32,000 nucleotides of DNA from Geomonas oryzisoli (GTDB taxonomy: Bacteria; Desulfobacterota; Desulfuromonadia; Geobacterales; Geobacteraceae), in NCBI RefSeq assembly GCF_018986915.1, contig NZ_CP076723.1, positions 3,964,228-3,996,227 of the forward strand, read 5' to 3'. Position 1 is the first letter of the stretch; every line of letters starts with the position of its first letter. Below, one piece after another: positions 29,373-32,000 of this stretch. The notes beneath the pieces are model-generated. The model searched no databases. It was not told the DNA's origin and was given only the letters and a program-made list of their open reading frames with translations. The position numbers were made by a program, and so were the translations under genes.

Positions 29373-30084
29373 CTTCCACCTCCTCCACCTTCTCCACTTC
29401 GTCCGACTCGCATGGCCCGACCATGGCGCTGATGGCGCCGGCCAGTCCTCCCGCGACGATGTACCACTTGCCCGGCAGGAACTTGTGGGCCAACAAAGCG
29501 GCTGCCCCGGCGACGAACCACGGGAGGACGTCGCCCTTGCCGCGCCACAGCCCGACGGCCAGCGCCGTGAAGACCGCGGTGAAGGCGAAATCGAGGGCGT
29601 ACTCTTCGGGCCTGGTGATGAAGCCGCCGCCAAGAAGACCGATCAGCGTGCCACTGCTCCAGGCGAGATAGAGGAAGACGCCGCCGCCGAAGAGAAACCA
29701 GGTGGTGGCGCTGCCGTTGCGCTGCTCGGACATGGTGACGGCCCAGTTCTCGTCGGCCACCAGGTGCATCATGCCCATCTTGTGCAGCAGGCTCCGTCCG
29801 GAGAAGAGCGGGTCCAGGGAGGCGCCGATCAGCAGGTAACGCAGGTTGATCACCAGGACGGCCAGCGTCATCTCGAAGATGGGCATATGGTTCGACCACA
29901 TGTCGACCATGACGAATTGGGCCGCACCGGCGAAAACGGCGCTGTTCATGTACATCATGTCGAGCCAGCTCAACCCCTTTTGCGCGGCGAGCACGCCCAG
30001 CACGCTGCCATAGGCCATGGCGCTGGCGGCCACCGGCACGTTGGCCCTGGCCCCCCTGATCATCTCGGGCTTTCTGTGTTTCAT
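29356..30084 (-). CDS. azlC: AzlC-family branched-chain amino acid permease/exporter subunit, 242 aa
   Basis: ATG 30084 follows AAGGTGA. The sequence is typical of AzlC: ...PVAASAMAYGSVLGVLAAQKGLSWLDMMYMNSAVFAGAAQFVMV...LVINLRYLLIGASL.... Confidence 0.8.
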   Translation of the reverse strand: MKHRKPEMIRGARANVPVAASAMAYGSVLGVLAAQKGLSWLDMMYMNSAVFAGAAQFVMVDMWSNHMPIFEMTLAVLVINLRYLLIGASLDPLFSGRSLLHKMGMMHLVADENWAVTMSEQRNGSATTWFLFGGGVFLYLAWSSGTLIGLLGGGFITRPEEYALDFAFTAVFTALAVGLWRGKGDVLPWFVAGAAALLAHKFLPGKWYIVAGGLAGAISAMVGPCESDEVEKVEEVEDAAGY

Positions 30085-30216
30085 ACATTCACCTTGGTGT
30101 TGGCTGCCATGCAATTTGTTCGTCCGGAGTCACAGCCTACTACTTAAGGACTGGTGGGGAAAAGATACAGATGGCGGTAAAAAAAGGGCGGTATTGTGTG
30201 CGGCAGCTCGCGTCGG

Positions 30217-30248
30217 AAGGCAAATCCCCCCTTCGCAAAAGGGGGGGA
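30217..30248. repeat. Short repeat AAGGCAAATCCCCCC plus a C7/G7 hairpin (copy 1)
   Basis: AAGGCAAATCCCCCC lies at 30217-30231. The hairpin TCCCCCC-ttcgcaaaa-GGGGGGA lies at 30225-30248. It sits downstream of the REC-DHp gene on the minus strand, where it reads GGGGGGAUUUGCCUU. Confidence 0.6.
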
Positions 30249-30302
30249 CGTAGCGCGGGGCCTCATCGTTTAAAGCAACAGGTCCTTGTGCCGGACAAGG
30301 GA

Positions 30303-30953
30303 TCAGATGCTGTTCACGTCGATCATGGCTTCGCCCATGACATATTCGGTCTTGGCGTCGCGGGAGGCTTCGGCGAGGCGGGCTACGATGCGGCGGATCT
30401 TCTCGAGTTCGAGCTTCAGGTCGGACAGGTGGGTGCGGACCTTGTCATCGCCCTCCCCCAATTCCTTGGCAGCCAGGTGCAGATGCCACAGTATCGCGGT
30501 CAGGGGGTTGTTGAACTCGTGACTGATGGCAACCGCCATCTCCCGCAGCAGCTTCAGTCTCTCGATCTCGACCGCCATCTGCTTTTCCCTGCGCGATGCC
30601 AGGTGGAGGGAGACGCGCGCTACCAACTCCTCCGGGTAAAAAGGCTTCACGATGTAATCATCCGCCCCGGCCTCGAACCCCTTCACCTTTTCACCGCTGG
30701 TATCGCAACTGGTTAGAAAGATTACCGGGATCTCCCGTGTTGCCGCGTCCGCCTTAAGCTGACGGCAGATGTCGTAGCCGTTCATCCCCGGGAGGTTGAC
30801 GTCGAGCAGGATCAGATCCGGACCGATCTCAATGGCGACGGACTGCGCCGAGTCACCATCCTCTTGCAGGGTGACCTCGTACTCTCCGCTAAGGATGTCC
30901 AGCAACTGGGCCTGCGCCACCTTGCTGTCTTCTACGGCAAGGATCTTTTTCAT
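30303..30953 (-). CDS. Response-regulator receiver fused to a HisKA/DHp phosphoacceptor domain, with no HATPase_c catalytic domain, 216 aa
   Basis: ATG 30953 follows GGAGAGAG; the track start at 31031 lacks an RBS. The REC domain is MKKILAVEDS...DLILLDVNLPGMNG...GADDYIVKPF. The DHp H-box is MAVAISHEFNNPLTAI (His145). The protein ends about 70 aa after the H-box with no N, G1, F or G2 boxes. Confidence 0.8.
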   Translation of the reverse strand: MKKILAVEDSKVAQAQLLDILSGEYEVTLQEDGDSAQSVAIEIGPDLILLDVNLPGMNGYDICRQLKADAATREIPVIFLTSCDTSGEKVKGFEAGADDYIVKPFYPEELVARVSLHLASRREKQMAVEIERLKLLREMAVAISHEFNNPLTAILWHLHLAAKELGEGDDKVRTHLSDLKLELEKIRRIVARLAEASRDAKTEYVMGEAMIDVNSI

Positions 30954-31067
30954 AGCTCTCTCCAAATAGGAACCGAGGAACGACGCTGTACCGGGAGTCA
31001 GGGTGCCGCAGCTTAACATTCCCGTTAGCACGAATCAACTATGTGTAAGAGGCGGGGGCTAAAAGGA

Positions 31068-31103
31068 AAGGCAAATCCCCCCTGCCCCCCTTTAAGGGGG
31101 GGC
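31068..31103. repeat. Short repeat AAGGCAAATCCCCCC plus a C/G-tract hairpin (copy 2)
   Basis: AAGGCAAATCCCCCC lies at 31068-31082, an identical 15-mer in the same orientation as copy 1. The hairpin GCCCCCC-tttaag-GGGGGGC lies at 31084-31103. It sits between the OmpA-like gene and the REC-DHp gene. Confidence 0.6.
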
Positions 31104-31180
31104 GCTTGTTCAAATGCAGTGCGTTGTGGGAACCATACTCGGCGCGGGTTGGGAGTCAGGGGATGGACCGGATGCGGAGT

Positions 31181-31208
31181 GATGGGGGAGCCGAACGGCT
31201 CCCCCATC
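31181..31208 (-). terminator. Strong hairpin directly after the OmpA-like gene; probable terminator or mRNA stabiliser, without a U-tract
   Basis: GATGGGGGAGCC-gaac-GGCTCCCCCATC forms a 12-bp perfect stem 7 nt downstream of stop 31215. Confidence 0.45.
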
Positions 31209-31214
31209 TTGTAA

Positions 31215-31724
31215 CTACATCTTGGTGACGGTGAAGTCGACGCGGCGGTTCTTCGCCTGGCCGGCCTTGGTCTTGTTGTCGGCGATCGGCTTGGTGTCGC
31301 CGAAGCCCTTGGCGGAAAGCCGGTTGGCCGCTACGCCTTTCTTGTCGACCAGGTACTTCACGACGGCATCGGCACGGTCCTGGGAAAGCTTCATGTTCGC
31401 TTCGGACTTGCCGACGTTGTCGGTGTGGCCGTCCACCTGCACATGGAAGCCCGGGTAATCGGTCATGATCGCAGCGATGGCGGTCATGGTCTTGTCACAG
31501 GCGGGATCCACCTCAGCCTTGCCGGTCTTGAACTTGATCGGCCCCTTCTCGTTCTGAACCTTCTTCAGCTTCTTGGTCACAGCACTGAGAGCGCCCTCTT
31601 TGGCGGTCGCCGCGGCTTCCTTGCCCAGGTCTTTGCCAAGCCCCTTGACAGCATCAAGCGCCGCATAAGAAACACCGGAAACCGTCAGAGTCAGTACAAC
31701 AGCAGCAGCAATTTTCCGTAACAT
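31215..31724 (-). CDS. Small OmpA-family peptidoglycan-associated protein with a signal peptide, 169 aa
   Basis: The RBS GAGGAGGG is present. The signal peptide is MLRKIAAAVVLTLTVSGVSYA/AL. The OmpA-C signature is IKFKTGKAEV...FHVQVDGHTDNVGKSEANMKLSQDRADAVVKYLV...GFGDTKPIADNKTKAGQAKNRRVDFTV. Confidence 0.85.
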   Translation of the reverse strand: MLRKIAAAVVLTLTVSGVSYAALDAVKGLGKDLGKEAAATAKEGALSAVTKKLKKVQNEKGPIKFKTGKAEVDPACDKTMTAIAAIMTDYPGFHVQVDGHTDNVGKSEANMKLSQDRADAVVKYLVDKKGVAANRLSAKGFGDTKPIADNKTKAGQAKNRRVDFTVTKM

Positions 31725-31794
31725 TTGAATCCCTCCTCAGTTTTTTTGCCATTGAGAGATGGTACCGTCACCTCCTCTCAATTGCCAAGTCTGA

Positions 31795-31823
31795 AATATA
31801 ATACTTTTTAACCTGTGAGTCAA
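31795..31823 (-). promoter_or_regulatory. Near-consensus sigma70 promoter for the small OmpA-like gene
   Basis: The minus strand has TTGACT (31823-31818), a 17-nt spacer and TATATT (31800-31795). The roughly 65-nt leader contains an 8-bp hairpin ATTGAGAG...CTCTCAAT. Confidence 0.55.
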
Positions 31824-32000
31824 TGAAGGTGCCCTCTCAATGTGATTCGTATAAGTAACGCGGTTCGTCCATCACTCTTTAGGTGAAAATGGCCCATCGC
31901 TGCCGAAAAGCCCCAAAAATGCTTTGACTCTGGTCTTGGCAGAATGATAAGGTCCCACGAAATCATTAAGCTTCCCTTTATAAGACAATGTGAAGGAGGA

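Noticed and set aside
29061-29633. The 190-aa version of the azlD ORF, and the 29342..30088 minus and 29485..30147 plus ORFs
   Set aside because: The N-terminal 87 residues are Arg/Pro/Ser-rich and overlap azlC out of frame. The AzlD-like hydrophobic protein starts at ATG 29372, and the others are shadows of azlC.
31025-31207. A 60-aa minus-strand ORF between the OmpA-like and REC-DHp genes
   Set aside because: It is made up largely of the translated C/G-tract repeat (KGGQGGFAFPFSP) and a hairpin. It has no RBS.
31924-32000. A possible plus-strand promoter (TTGACT-18-TAAGGT) and an AAGGAGGA at the extreme right edge
   Set aside because: The Shine-Dalgarno-like AAGGAGGA at 31993-32000 suggests that a plus-strand gene starts just beyond the window. 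However, no coding sequence is visible and the -10 match is poor, so no feature is reported.

Overview
High-GC bacterial chromosomal window with about 24 supportable CDSs, no rRNA or tRNA genes, no CRISPR array and no transposase or integrase. Gene content and cyclic-dinucleotide riboswitch density look Geobacter-like (Desulfuromonadales), but that is inference only.

The left third (1-11704, minus strand) is the unusual part. Reading 5' to 3' on the minus strand:
- a near-consensus sigma70 promoter
- a variant GEMM-I-like aptamer
- a hemerythrin-like gene
- an A-tract-rich promoter region
- two complete GEMM-I (c-di-GMP-I family) riboswitch units in tandem, each with its own intrinsic terminator
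- a 57-codon ORF that is not in the ORF track
- a strong intrinsic terminator
- an 8.6-kb gene for a roughly 2,880-aa Sec-dependent DUF11 / isopeptide-D2-like / Cna-B-like repeat surface protein
- C/G-tract hairpin repeats
- an OmpA-family gene with two peptidoglycan-binding domains, running off the window and also absent from the ORF track

I read this as a cyclic-dinucleotide-gated giant-adhesin and envelope-anchor locus.

The rest of the window holds:
- two small secreted proteins
- an MscS-type channel
- a sigma54-driven Lys/Ala/Pro-rich secreted protein
- a stand-alone DUF4118-like membrane protein
- a glycerate kinase
- a Cys-rich zinc-ribbon-like protein
- a chemosensory block (MCP, two orphan PstS-like binding proteins, then an MCP with a very large sensing domain)
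- a CusRS-like two-component pair translationally coupled to a PAS hybrid kinase
- a perfect ATGACA-N4-TGTCAT box in front of an LtaS/sulfatase-family gene
- azlCD
- a REC-DHp protein without an ATPase domain
- a small OmpA-like lipoprotein-type gene

Many long ORFs in the track are antisense or off-frame shadows of real high-GC genes and were rejected.
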